Shown here: one piece after another, positions 12,813 to 25,100 of the stretch
How positions within the stretch are numbered: the stretch's first letter is position 1
How the letters are laid out: each line of letters starts with the position of its first letter
Assembly: GCA_000388065.2 (NCBI GenBank)
Contig: KB932201.1
Length of the DNA: 64,000 bases
Direction: 5' to 3' (one strand)
From: Fonticula alba ATCC 38817
Taxonomy: Eukaryota > Protista > Nucleariida
The notes under the pieces: generated by a model
What the model saw: the letters and a program-made list of their open reading frames with translations, nothing else
What the model was told of the DNA's origin: nothing
The model's database searches: none
Program-made: the position numbers and the translations under genes

Positions 12813-14553
12813 CCAGCTGTGGAACGGGGCGGAGCGGGGGGGGGAGGCGGGGCGCAAAGAACGAGAGAGGGGGTCGCGGAACTACAGGGACGTGTGGGGG
12901 GAAGGGGGGGGGGAAACAAGGAGGAAAGGGGGAGAGGTGAAGTGGTTTACCCTCCGGACGGAGAGGGCCGAGGGCGCCCACTTTGGTGCAACTTCAGAGA
13001 GGGCGGGCAAGCTCGTCTCTGTGGGGCCCAACAGGATGCCCGTTTTGGATGAGCAGTCCCTGTGCTCCTCGCTCCAGAATGCACAAGAGGCGGTCTCTGA
13101 CCCACGGTCTTCGGAGCGAGGCCTCGGCAAGTCGTGCCGATGAGAACACCCCATCGCCCCCCACGGCCTGACCCCTCCCCGCTCCTCGGACAACAGTTTG
13201 AGCGCTCTTCCTGGACAAGACGGAGAAAAAGGGCAGCCACTCGCCGGTCGACAAGGAGAGCCGTGAAGGATCGGCGGGAGTCAAAAGAAAACACGATCCC
13301 GGCAGCCAACGCCATTGGACGAATCGCGCCGGCTAATGGCCTTAACTGATCCCTCGGGAGAAAATAAGTTTGGGGCTACGGGAAATTCGCCGGGGTGTCG
13401 AATCAAAAAAGATCCCAATCTCCAGGCGCCTCCCCCGGGCCTCCTCCTCTGCAAGTGCCCCGCCGGCAAGCCGCATGCCCCGTTTCGTTGGTCTGCCTGT
13501 GAGCCAGGAAGGAGGGAACCATCGGCATAAAGCATAGGAGGAATATTATTCAACATATTTTTGTGGATGATCAAGAACCGGATCCAGGCCGCGGCTGAGA
13601 GACCAAAGGACCAGCGCACCGCTCCGGTGCATTTCCACCCGGCCGCTTGCACGCACCCTCGCCAGGATCGCCCTGGTTATGGTGTGTTCATGCCCCGCGG
13701 GGGAGGGGAGGGGGCGGAGGCCGTGTGTGTCAGCCAGCCGCAAAATCGGAGGGCCTTCCCTGTCCCTCGGCTGTGATCTCTCTTCTTTCGCCTGGGGGCA
13801 AGGGCAAGTCGATCCGGTCCACGCGATGGACTTCCATGAGAGGTCCGCAGAGAGGGAGCCTCCTGTGTTTGCCACGGCGAGAGGGGGGGGGGGGGGAATT
13901 CTCTTCCTGAATCGCGGCCCGCGTCGCCTGGACATCCCTTCGGGGCAGGGTGGGGGAGAATGTGTGTTCGCGTTGGGCCAGAGGCCGCGGGCAAGGGACA
14001 GTTATGGAGGCCGAGCTTTGTATGCTCCTCATCCCCCCCGCCCCGTGCCTCCGCCCCCTTGGGACCAGCCATGTCTGCGAACAAGAGGAGGGGCCTCCGA
14101 GGCCGGGCCAAGGGCTCGGGGGAGGAAGGGGGTGTGCGTGTGTTCCGGCCCGCCTCGGCCCCTGCGGCGTTCCGTGGGCCGAGGGGCGGCCGGGTGGACC
14201 GCCGGGTGGGCGGGCGGGCGGGCGGGCGCGGGCAAGCTGAACGGGGGTGTGTGGAGGGGGGTGGGGCGCAGGGTGGGTGGGTGTGCGGGGGGGGAGGGCG
14301 GGACTGGCCGCTCCCCGGTGTGTGGCACCAGCGGGGCCCCTGGCGTAGGAGGCGCCCTTTTTTACCGGCCCCGGGGGATGGCCGGCCTCTTGGAGAGTGA
14401 GAACTCGTGTTGTGGCGGCGCCGGGCCGGCGCAAACGCGCCACAGGGCCCTTCGAGAGGGGGTGTTCTGGGGCTTCTCGGCACGAGAAGAGGTTCTCGTA
14501 CCCGTTGCGTTGTTTTTGCCTGTCACTTACTTCACATCGGTTTAGTTTCGAAG

Positions 14554-16295
14554 ATGAAGTTCAGCAAGGGTTCGTCTTCGTCTCTCTTCCTCTCCCTCTA
14601 CCATTCCTTTGCTGCTTTCCCCCCCCCTCCCCCTTTGCATCTCTCTCCTCCTCTCCCGCCTCCCTCCCCGCGCCCCTCCGGCGCTGGCGCGTCTCGCTGT
14701 CTCTGGCGGGGCACACCTGGCCACACACATACGCACACGCACACGCACACGCACGCGCGCATCCGATCCCCCCCCCTCTTCTCTCGCCTCTCGCTGGAAG
14801 GACCCCCATAAGCGCACACATGGACACGCACGCACCGGAGGCTTCATGCCGCGCACGTGTCACCCCCACCAAGGTCTGGGGTGACACGCTGCGCGCGTAC
14901 ACGCCTTCCAGGAGTCCTCCGGCACACGCGCACGCGCACGCACACGCACACACACACACACGGCATCTATAGGCACATGCGCACACGTCCCCTGGAGGGA
15001 GAGAGATATGGTCTACGCACTGACCGCGCGGCTGGCGCATCGCCCCGGTTCTGTGGCTGCAAGGATGTGCCTGTCTCTCTCTCCCTCCCTTTCTTCGACG
15101 CTAGGTGGACGTCTCGAGGAACTTGTCCCATCCGCGTACCTGCGCCTGTTACGTGTGTGTGTGTGTGCTGCGGAGCGGGATATGCGCCCTTCCCGGGTCT
15201 AGGGCGCTGTCTCGCACGCGCGTGTGTATGTGTGTGTGTGCTCCCTCTGTGTCTGTGTCTGCGGCTTCCTCCGTGCGGTGTTGCGAGTCTCCGCGTGTGC
15301 CCTTCCCGTTTCTTGCCTGCTGTTAGGCCGGGTGCGGGCGCCATGCTCGGTTCGGCGCGCGCGCGCGAGCGAGTGTGTGTGTGTGTATGTGTGTGTGTTG
15401 GGGAGGGGACGCGTGAGCTGGCGTTTTGCCGCTCACGCTCCCGGTGGAGGCAGAGACCGCTCCACCTGCCCACGCTGGCCGCCTATATGAGCCACCCCTG
15501 GCATCTCCGTCGGATGCAACCCCGAGCACCCTGCATCCGCCGGTGCCGCTCTCCCTCTGTCGCCCGATCCCTGTATGCTGACCATGTTGACCGCCTCCTT
15601 CTCAGACGTTTCTTCTTCTCGTCGCAAGTGCCGCAAGGCCCACTTCACCGCCCCCTCTCATGCCCGCCGCCTCCTCATGAGCTCTGCTCTGTCCAAGGAG
15701 CTGCGCGCCAGCTACGGCGTGCGTCCTCGCATACATGCGCATTTTGTCGCCTCCTTTTGCACAACTTACCAGCAGCGGGGGAGGGGAATCTCCGCCCTCC
15801 GAGGGGTGGGGGCGAGAGGGGCGCGAGATAGGCCACTCTCTCTTCTGTCCCCCCTCGCGCGACGTGAGAGATTCCCCTCGCCTGTCGTCTCGCTGCATGC
15901 AAGGCGATGCTGTGCTCCCCTTGGTTCCCCTCTCTCCTTTTCTGTTCGCGTTTGCTGACCCGTTTCTCGTTGCCGATTCTTCCCCCCCCCCGTCGTCTTC
16001 GCCGCGCGCGCACACACACACACAGATCCGCTCCCTGCCCATCCGCCGTAACGATGTTGTCACCATCAAGACCGGCCAGTTCAAGGGTATCTCCGGCAAG
16101 GTCGTCAAGGTCTACCGCCTGAAGATGTGCGTCTACGTCGAGGGTGCCTCCAAGAAGAAGGCCGATGAGTCCCTCATCCCCGTCCCGATCGACGCCTCCA
16201 ACCTCCAGATCACTCAGCTCCACCTCGACAAGAACCGTGAGAAGCTTCTCAAGGTCCGTGCCGCCGGTAAGGCCAAGGAGCAGACCGTTGCCTAA
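14554..16295 (+). CDS. RPL26: 60S ribosomal protein L26 (uL24); 3 exons
   Basis: Exon 1 is 14554-14569 (MKFSK), intron 1 is 14570-15605, then [38 protein letters not shown] | [33 protein letters not shown]...[11 protein letters not shown]...*. Codon usage is strongly C/G-ending, as expected for a highly expressed gene. Confidence 0.95.
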
Positions 16296-18111
16296 ATATG
16301 CCTCCTTTTGGCAACGACAGAGCGATGTAGCCGTGCACCACCGCGCGTGTTCTCCCCCGTCTTCTCTCCGATACACCTCCTTTCTCTCTGTCCTCTCCCA
16401 TCCCCCGTGTCGTGTGTTTTCTCCTTGTCTTTGTCTTTTTTCTCGGTCCTTTTCCCGCGCGCGCGCCCCCCCTCCCTCCTTCAACTCGTGTTTTCTCCAG
16501 GAGAGGGAGGACGCAGAGGAGGCGGGAGAGGGCGGGGAGAGCGAGAGCTCTCCTTGCTGTGTGTGGGTTCAACCATCCGCGCACCCCACTCTCCTTCTGC
16601 CGGACTTTTTCTCTCGATGCGCGGCTTTGTCGGGGGGGAGGGAGAGTCCTGTCCATGATCGTCCTTCTTTTTTGCGCCCTCCTGGCACGCGTGTGATGTC
16701 TTCCTCGGGCGGGGGGGATGTGGAGGCTTTTTCCTCCTGCCCTCGCGCGCGGCCTTCCCCCCCTCTCTCTCCGCCTGTTCTCCTCGGGAGGGAGGCATGG
16801 GGGGGGGGAGTGCAGGGCGGCGATCGGCCAACAAAAGGAGAGGAGGAGCCGAGCTGTGGGCAGGGGCACTTTTTTCTGGGCGTTTGTACCCAGATGATGT
16901 CCCTTTCTTCTCTTTCCTGGGTGGTATGGGCATCGAGCTTGGGCCGTCCTCCTCCCCCCAACGCGCGCGCGTCAAACATGGGAGCGCTTTTCCGACTAAT
17001 CTGCCCGGCTTTTGTGGGCGCGGGCTATTTCCCTCATCTTTCTTTCTCCTCGTGCGGCGCGGGGAGGATGCACGGTCTTCAAAGAGATGCAGACCCACCC
17101 ACAGGGCGTGGCGCTGCTGGTCCGTTTGCATGGGGAGGCTGGGTTCTGTCGGAAGGGGGCCCAGCAGTGTCTCCGCTCCAGCTTGGGAGTCCTGCGGCCA
17201 TGCATCCAGCAGCGGCTGGGCACATGATACTGGTAACGTGAGGGGCTCGAGTCGGGCTGCTAGAAAGCCCGCCGGCGGGCCTCCCTCCGGGGGTGTCCTC
17301 CGCCAGTCCCTCAGCCTCTGATCAAGTTTACTGTCCCTCCTGGGCGTGAGTGCTCTCCTGGAATTGCCGCACCAAGCAGAGCCACTGCCATTGCAGCACG
17401 CATTCCCCCATCGGAGCCTGTCTGCCCGTGCCCATGGCCAGGGCGCCCGGCCGTGCCAGGAGGGCCGGCCACTGGGACCTGCCCACGATTCTGGCCAAGC
17501 CGGACCGTCGTCCGAGAAGCCAACGATCTCGCCCTCGAAGGCACCTTAGGCGAAAGATGAGTTAACCAAATGTACCTTCATTGGCACTTGCTAGCCATGC
17601 CGCTGTGCCAGCCCCCTTCCGGCGCAGCCACGCCCCCGCCCCGGAGGCCGTCTTCATCTTGCCCTGGGTGTTTGGCCAGCAGGAGCGGCAGACGTTCGAC
17701 GAGCGCCGCCTCCTGCAAAGCTGATGTTTCCCTTCGCACCTTTCCCCTCCTCGGTGTGCACATCTTTCGCTGCGACGGAGGCCGACGCGGAGGAGGGCAG
17801 GACGCGCGGACGTGGTCCGTGTTGTATAGGTGTATATTATGGGTATGTGTGTCTTTTTGTGTAGTTTCTTCCTTTCTTCCACTACAGGCGAGCCGTGAGC
17901 GAGTAGGGCTGCGTGCTGGGAGAGCAGGAGGGAGGGGGGGGGGTGTGTAGGAAGCGCAGATGATGTCTCGCATGTTTCCTGCCTGTAAACAGGAGATCTC
18001 TTTCCTCCGCCCCTCTCCCCCTCTCTCCGCCGAGTAGGTGGTCCCCAAAGCAGGGGGGGGGGGGAGGGGGAGAAGGGAGGGGAAGCGCGTGGTATTGCCG
18101 TGTGTCGGCAT

Positions 18112-19244
18112 TCAGCGGCGGTGGCGATCGCCACGGTAGCCACCCCGATCAGCGCGGTCGTGGCGGTACCGGTCGCGAGAGTGCTCGCGAACAACGGGGG
18201 CGCTCCGATCAGAGGCGCTAAGGGGATTGGTAAAAGGGGGTCGAGGGAAAGGGAGGTCAGCTGTGTCACATGGAGAGATCGACAGGTGTGCCCGGGGAGG
18301 GGGGGCGTACCGGGTTTCCGGCGGGCCATCACGGCCCGGATGCTTCTGGTTGACAGCGGCCGCACCACGGCGCGTCGAGCCCAGCCCCTTACCCAGGCGC
18401 CGGGGAAGCCAGTTGGCCACAGTCCGGCCACGCTCGACATCCACGACGCACGTCCGGTCGGGCGAAGGGGTCTCGCCAGGCTCGTAGTAGCCCTCGATGT
18501 TGGCGCGAATGTGCATGGAGTCGCCCTCGCGGAAAGCGCGAGTAAGGTCGCTGCTGCTGGAAAACTCGATGAAGCCGTAGCCGCGCGATTTCCCGGTGCG
18601 CTTGCAGCGGACAATCCGGCAGAACCGGATCCGGCCAAACTTCTCAAAATGCCCCGAGAGGCCGGCCTCATTGAGGCTGTAGGGCAGACGGCCAACCTGT
18701 GGGAGCGGGAGAGAGAGAGAGAGAGAAGCAGGAGATGCGGTGAGCATCAAAAAGCGAGAGGGCAGTTAGGTCGGGGCCCGTCAAAAGCGATGGTCCGGGA
18801 TGGGAGGAGCAAAGGAGGAAGGGAAGAGAGGGAGAGAGGGAGAGAGGGAGAGAGGGAGAGAGGGAGAGGGAGAGAGAGACAGAGAGAGGACGGGGAGGCT
18901 TTTGGCGTGCGTACAAACAGGGTCTTGAAGGCGTCGGACGAGTACTCCGGGCTGTCCTGTGGCCGGTTCTTGTACTCCTCGGTGCCGCGATCGATCTCCT
19001 GCTTGACCTGGCTATCGTGGATGCTCTTCTTCAGGGCTCGACGGGTGTCCGCATTTACCCAGACTGGGGTGCCTTCGGGGAGCGGCGGGACCGGGTTGTC
19101 CTTGCAAAGCTCCAGCGCATCAGCAATGGGAGTCAGCTCCGGGCCGCGGCGGCATTCCGGTGACCGATCCAACTGCGTGGGGGTCGGCAGGTCCCCCATC
19201 GGAGCGAAGTACTCCATCAAGGCGGGAGGCATGTACATCGACAT
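18112..19244 (-). CDS. SNRNP70: U1 small nuclear ribonucleoprotein 70 kDa (3 exons)
   Basis: MSMYMPPALMEYFAP N-terminus, SDAFKTLFVGRLPYSLNE (RNP2), TGKSRGYGFIEF (RNP1), VDVERGRTVANWLPRRLGKGLGSTRRG (U1-70K signature) and an R/D-rich tail. Confidence 0.95.
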
Positions 19245-19720
19245 GGTTGGCGGGTGGAGAGGGGAGCAGAGGCGCTATGCACACGGAACAGTGGGGCGAG
19301 GGGCAGAGAGAGAGAGAGAGAGAGACAGGGGGAGAGGGGGAGAGAGAGAGGGAGAGAGAGAGGGAGGGGAGGGCAAGGGGAGGGGGTGTCAAACCTTCTG
19401 TCAGGAGCACGGGGGCGCGTCGCCGCGTAATGCCGGTCACCGAAAAGGCCGCCCCGGACCATTGACCAGGGCGTTTCGGCCGGGTCGGAGCAAGACGGCC
19501 GAGGGGGGAGGAACCGGACCGGAGGCCAGGCTAGCACAGAGGGAAACCACACAAGTTTGAGGGTGTGGTTTCCCTCGCGAGACTCATCAGAGATGAAGCA
19601 GCGGCCGGGCGCAGTTCGTTGATCTGGTCACATGACACGGGGTTCTGGGCTTAAATATCAGATCCTTGGGCATCAATCCAGGCAAGCAGGGCGTGCGCCG
19701 TGCTCTGGCACTGATCGCCG

Positions 19721-19756
<36 letters not shown>

Positions 19757-20066
19757 ATGCGGCCAGGCCCCATCTGCCAACATGGCCACCAGGGCGCCCC
19801 TGCTCATCACGTCCATCCGCGCCAGGTACCTCCTCTGCGTACATGTGAAGAGGAAGTGGTCTTGATTTTGTTGGTATTTGTATTTCGGGTGATCCTTCGG
19901 GTCGGGGGAGGAGGCGCCGTGCGGCTGATCCTGCCTTTCCATGGGGGGGGGGGGCATAAACAAAGTGGGAAAGGGATGCGTGTGGTGGTGCTCGCGCAGG
20001 GTATGCGGGCGGCCAGGCACCACACGGTCAGCCTGCCTCCTGTTCTGGCCCCCTCATGGTGGCGCC

Positions 20067-20272
20067 TTAGATGATGCTCTTGCTGATGACAACCATCCAT
20101 CCCATGATGAAGTAGAAGAGGAAGAGGGGATAAACGGCCAGTGCCCGGCGGTTTTGCAGCTTCAGGTGGTTCAAGAAGGTGAGGGCAACTGTCCCGCGGG
20201 AGGGGGATTGTAGCCTGTGTGAGTGGACATTCCTTTGTATACACATATGTTGTATGTATGTATGTCTGGGGA

Positions 20273-20318
<46 letters not shown>

Positions 20319-21341
20319 ACCATGGCCATATTTGCCATGCACATGCACCGCGATGGATGGCTGGAAGTGGGAAAGACGCACTGTATGTTGACCAAGCCGT
20401 GCAAACACTGGCCACAGCAAGCCGCACGGGCACGATGCTGACAAACATGCACACCAGGGCCGAGATGTCGAGCGGGAGGAGGCAGTAGCCGAGGACACAA
20501 ACGGTCTGGAAGAAGGAGCTATTTGCGAAGAGCGAGGAGGTGGGGCCAGGTCCTGATTAGCATGTGCATCTCTGCGCGTGCATGTGTGCGCATGCGCGCG
20601 TGCGCGTCTGCATCAAAAGAGGGGACATGATTCGCAGCCACATGGTTCGTACACATTGCCTCCCAGAAGCTTGGCATTGAGGGTGACGATGCCGGCGCCA
20701 ATCCAGACAATGACAAAGACGATGGTGAAGACGACAGCCGCCTGCTGCTGGGGAGCAGTGAAAGAGAGAATACTATTGTGTGTGTGTGCGTGTGTGTGCA
20801 TATGGAGGAAGGGAAGGCAGGGCAGCATGCGCATTAGAATCCAAGAAGCAGGTGTATGTGGGTATATGTGCGTGTGTGTGTGTGTGTGTGTGTATGTGTG
20901 AAAGAGCGCGCGCGCGCGCGCGCGGACGCACGTGGCAAGGGCCAGACACAGAATAAGTGGACCCCAAAGATCCCCTGCGGTCGCCGGGGCGCGAAAGGAC
21001 CCGGGAGAGACAATGGCACGAAGGGACGCGGCGTTAGCTTTCGGGTGACACAAGCCAGATCAGTGGCGGGGAGGGGGAGGGCTTGTGACGAACAGTCGCG
21101 GAGAAGCTCCGGTTTGGAGGNNNNNNNNNNNNNNNNNNNNNNNNNNNNNNNNNNNNNNNNNNNNNNNNNNNNNNNNNNNNNNNNNNNNNNNNNNNNNNNN
21201 NNNNNNNNNNNNNNNNNNNNNNNNNNNNNNNNNNNNNNNNNNNNNNNNNNNNNNNNNNNNNNNNNNNNNNNNGGGCAGTTAGGTCGGGGCCCGTCAAAAG
21301 CGATGGTCCCTCTCTCCGCCGAGTAGGTGGTCCCCAAAGCA

Positions 21342-21387
<46 letters not shown>

Positions 21388-22126
21388 GGCGGGCGAGGAA
21401 GGAGAAAGAGCAACATGCGAGACACAATGGCCATGCCAAGGTAGGGGAAGAAAGTCAAACGTACGATGGTCACGGAAACCGGCTCATCGAGGGTGGCGAG
21501 GTTCCGGGCCGAAGCGGCCGGAGCGGCAGGAGCAGTGGCAGACATATCGACGCTGACACCAATCGGCGCCGAGGGGTCCGGCATGTAGGCGTCATTGGTG
21601 TAGGCGGAATGGACACCGCCGCCAACGGGGGCATCCTGGCTGACGGACACAAAGTTCTCCGAGTAGGAGGGTGGAGGAGAGGCACCAGGAGGCGGGGCGC
21701 CAGAGCCAGGCACCGCGGTCGGGACGGGCGTAGCGCCGAAGGGGTTGCCATTGACCAGGAGAGTGGCCTGCGGCTGGGCGTAGTTCTGCTCGGGGGACTC
21801 GGAATGGGTCATCGGCACGGAGGAGAACTGCTCATCATCGCCGAAGGGATTATCACCCTCGCCGTCGCTGGGTGAGCATGGGTACGAGTGTGAGTCGGGG
21901 TGTGGGTGGGAGCAGGGGGGGGCGAGGGAGCCAAGGGGGCGAGGTGACAGTTGGGGCGATAAGGGGCCCGGATTGCCAGGCCTGGCCGTCTCGGCCATGT
22001 TCATTTCCGTGGGGGCGGCGGGGGGGGGGGGGGGCGGCAGAGGGAGGAGGGACACGGCGGCGTGGCTGTAGCTGGGCATCGCGCAAAAGGCCAGCGTGGG
22101 ACGCACAGCTTTCCGTAGTGGCTCAT
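20067..22126 (-). CDS. YIPF6: Yip1-domain protein YIPF6; one exon partly hidden in gap 21121-21272
   Basis: TLDEPVSVTI, ELLRDWDLWGPLILCLAL, VFVIVWIGAGIVTLNAKLLGGNVSFFQTVCVLGYCLLPL and NRRALAVYPLFLFYF match YIPF6. Exon 1 (MSHYGKL, 22126-22107) is inferred from a GTGCGT donor and a CCCAG acceptor at 21868. Confidence 0.88.
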
Positions 22127-25100
22127 GGTTGTGCTCGAAGTGTGTATGTGCTTATGTGTGTGTGTGTGATCTATGCTAAAGAGGTTCGAAGAGGGAGGCA
22201 AATGGAATTAAGGGGACAGGAAAAGGACTGCGGTAGGCCAGAGAGGAGGGGAGGGGGAAAGGGAGACGGGGAGGAATGTGAGACCCTCGATTGCTAGAAG
22301 ATTGGTCGGCTCAATTTCAAGACTGGCACACCCGCGCTGTCCCCGGGTGAAGGGAGGAGGGATGGACCAAACACCAGCGCCGGCCGGTCCGGGTGGTGCC
22401 CAGCTTGGCAGCCTGATCGGAGGGAGGGGGAGCTCCGCGAGGGGGCGTTTGACGGCCGGAGAGAGGATCAACGTGCTGCTGGTCCATCCAGTGGGACTAC
22501 CAAGGGACGATGGGCGGGCGGGGAACCGGGGAGAAGCAGGGGCCGGCCAGATGAGCTTGCAGCACTCGAAGGGGGGGCCAGGGCGCGGGATCCCCGGCCT
22601 GGCGGACAGTCTGCCTGCCCCCCCCCCCCCCCCCCCCCGGACGGGCGATGCGGGCCCGGGGACGGGTAGTCGTTGTCACCTTTTCACGCCGGGGCCGGGG
22701 CCCTGGCGCCCGATCGCGACTGAAGAATGGCCGTGCTCTCGCTTTGTGTCCCCCGGCCCCCCCCCCTTCTGGCGTCTTGGCGGAGGACTGGCCAGTGTGG
22801 GCACCACCCCGGTGGCACAGGCCGGTGGGGAATTAATAGTACATCCTCTTTGGGACAGCAGGGGGGGGGGGAGGCAGGACCAAAGAGCCAGTCTTGGGGA
22901 GGGCAGTGCCCTGGACCGCCGGGCCGCCTTCCTCAGCCCGAGTAGGAGCGTGATTGTGTGCCCTGTGACATTCCATGTGACCACGCACGGTGTGCAAAGT
23001 ACGGCTGTCAAGGCGAGTCGTTGCCCACACTTCACCGCGTCCGCCTGTGAAATCTGAGAGCCAGGTCCCGGGGGAGGTGGCGGTGTTGCCAAAAGTCGAG
23101 AGAGAGAGAGAAAGGAAAAGACAGAGGGCGCGAGATAATTGAAAGTCTATCAGCATCTCTCTCCCTTCCGGGGGGGGGGGGCGGCAGTATGTGGCATTGA
23201 GAGGGGCGCGACACATATAGATGAGCAAGGCGCGAGATTGCAAGCTCCACCCGGGACCCTCTTTTGGGAATCCCCGCTCCTCCGGCCCTGGCCGAAGGGA
23301 AACGGCATCCGAGAACGCACTCCCGGCATCCCCCTGGGGTCGTCTGTCCCCACACCCTGATATGTGCCATGGCCCCGCGAAGGGCGCTCGGTGTTTCCTT
23401 TGGCTCTCCGGCTATTTCGCCGGCGGCGAAAGGCCCCGCGCCAAGGCAGCACTCGGACGCGTGGGCCACCTGGGCGTTCGGCTGGCTCCCTGCCCTGGGC
23501 TTTGGCGCCGCGCGTCGGCCCCGGGGAGCCCGTCGCGCGGCTCCCCGCGCCCTCTCATCGACGCCCGGAACACCCAAACACCTGCGGTGAAGGCGGCTTC
23601 GAGACCACACTGGGCGCCCCCTCGGCCCCTGGATCTCGGGGGAGGGGAACAAGGAAAGGTACCAACGGAATGGTCTCGACAAAGATCGACCCGCGGGGCG
23701 GGCGGGGGCGGGGCTTGGACGCGGGGTGGGAGACACGATCGGCCGGTGTCCCGCCCCGGCCCCGTCCCGGCCCCCCCCCCCCTCGAAGGGGCACGCCGGG
23801 ACGGGGTGCGTGGTGATATGCTGTCCGTGGGAGCGGCCATGTGCAGCTCCCGCCTTACGCGCCAGCCTGCGCGACGGCGAGCCCCCACGGACAAAGCACG
23901 AGCCCACTCGTGCGCACATTGGCTGCCTGGGGAGGGCGCGTGCCGACAGGTGGAAGTCCATCAGTTGGCCGAGACTGGCGGCAAGGGTGCTTGGCCCCCC
24001 CNNNNNNNNNNNNNNNNNNNNNNNNNNNNNNNNNNNNNNNNNNNNNNNNNNNNNNNNNNNNNNNNNNNNNNNNNNNNNNNNNNNNNNNNNNNNNNNNNNN
24101 NNNNNNNNNNNNNNNNNNNNNNNNNNNNNNNNNNNNNNNNNNNNNNNNNNNCCCCGCCGCTCTCTCCGTGCCGGGGGCGTGAGGGATGTCGTGGGCTGAC
24201 CCGGCCCTCGGGCGCTGGAGGGTAATATTTCCGGCCGCCGCGCACGGGGGAGCCGCCATCCACCCTTGTTGGGCCCGGCGAGCGCGTCAGGTCGCGGCTG
24301 GCGGTCGATCTGCCGCGCGGTCGCTCCGGGAGAGGGGCCCGACCGCGCCCCAATTTCGAGCGACTCGCCTAGAGGCAAAAAAAGCACCCGAGGCGCCCAG
24401 ACCCTGGGAGTGTAGGATGTCGTGGATCGACAAGCGCCCCCGGCAGACACCCGGCCCGCCGGCCCCGGCCCGCCGCGGCTTCCCCCCGCTCCCTTGGTGT
24501 GGCGTAGGCCCCATAGGGGGGGGGGGACGGCCGACAGCGAGAGCCGCGGCAATGATGAGGCTCAAGCTGGGGGGGAGGATATTGTCCGGGGTCCATGCCC
24601 AAACAATGGGGGGGGGGGGCGGGGACGAAAAAGCAACTTGAGCACATTAAAAATACGTGAATAACTTGCGCGCAGGCCTTTCGCCAGCCGCACACATGAG
24701 CGCCCACTTGTCCCCGGAGAGCCCAGGGTGGCCCTGATGTCATGGGGGCGGTCGTGGATGTAGGGTTCCTGTGACGCTGGCCTGCGGGGCGGACATGGAT
24801 AACAAGGAGCCACGGTCGCCCCGTAGGGGGGGGCGGGGCGGGGGGGGGACTTCCACCGGGGGGAGGCTCGGCGGGCTGCCCGAACGCCGACCCCGGGGAT
24901 GATGGAATGCGGCTGGCGATAAGGCCGCGCGAGAGGTGACGCCCGCGCGCTGGGCCCAAGCCGGAGGAGAGCTGGTGACGGCGACGCGCGCCGCAGGCAA
25001 CAGGAAAGAGGGGGACACCGGGAGCCGGGCCCCCAAGGGGCCTGCCGCCGTGCAGGGGAAAATGGCGGCGTGCCGACCGGCGCCGCCCTCCTCCGTGGCT

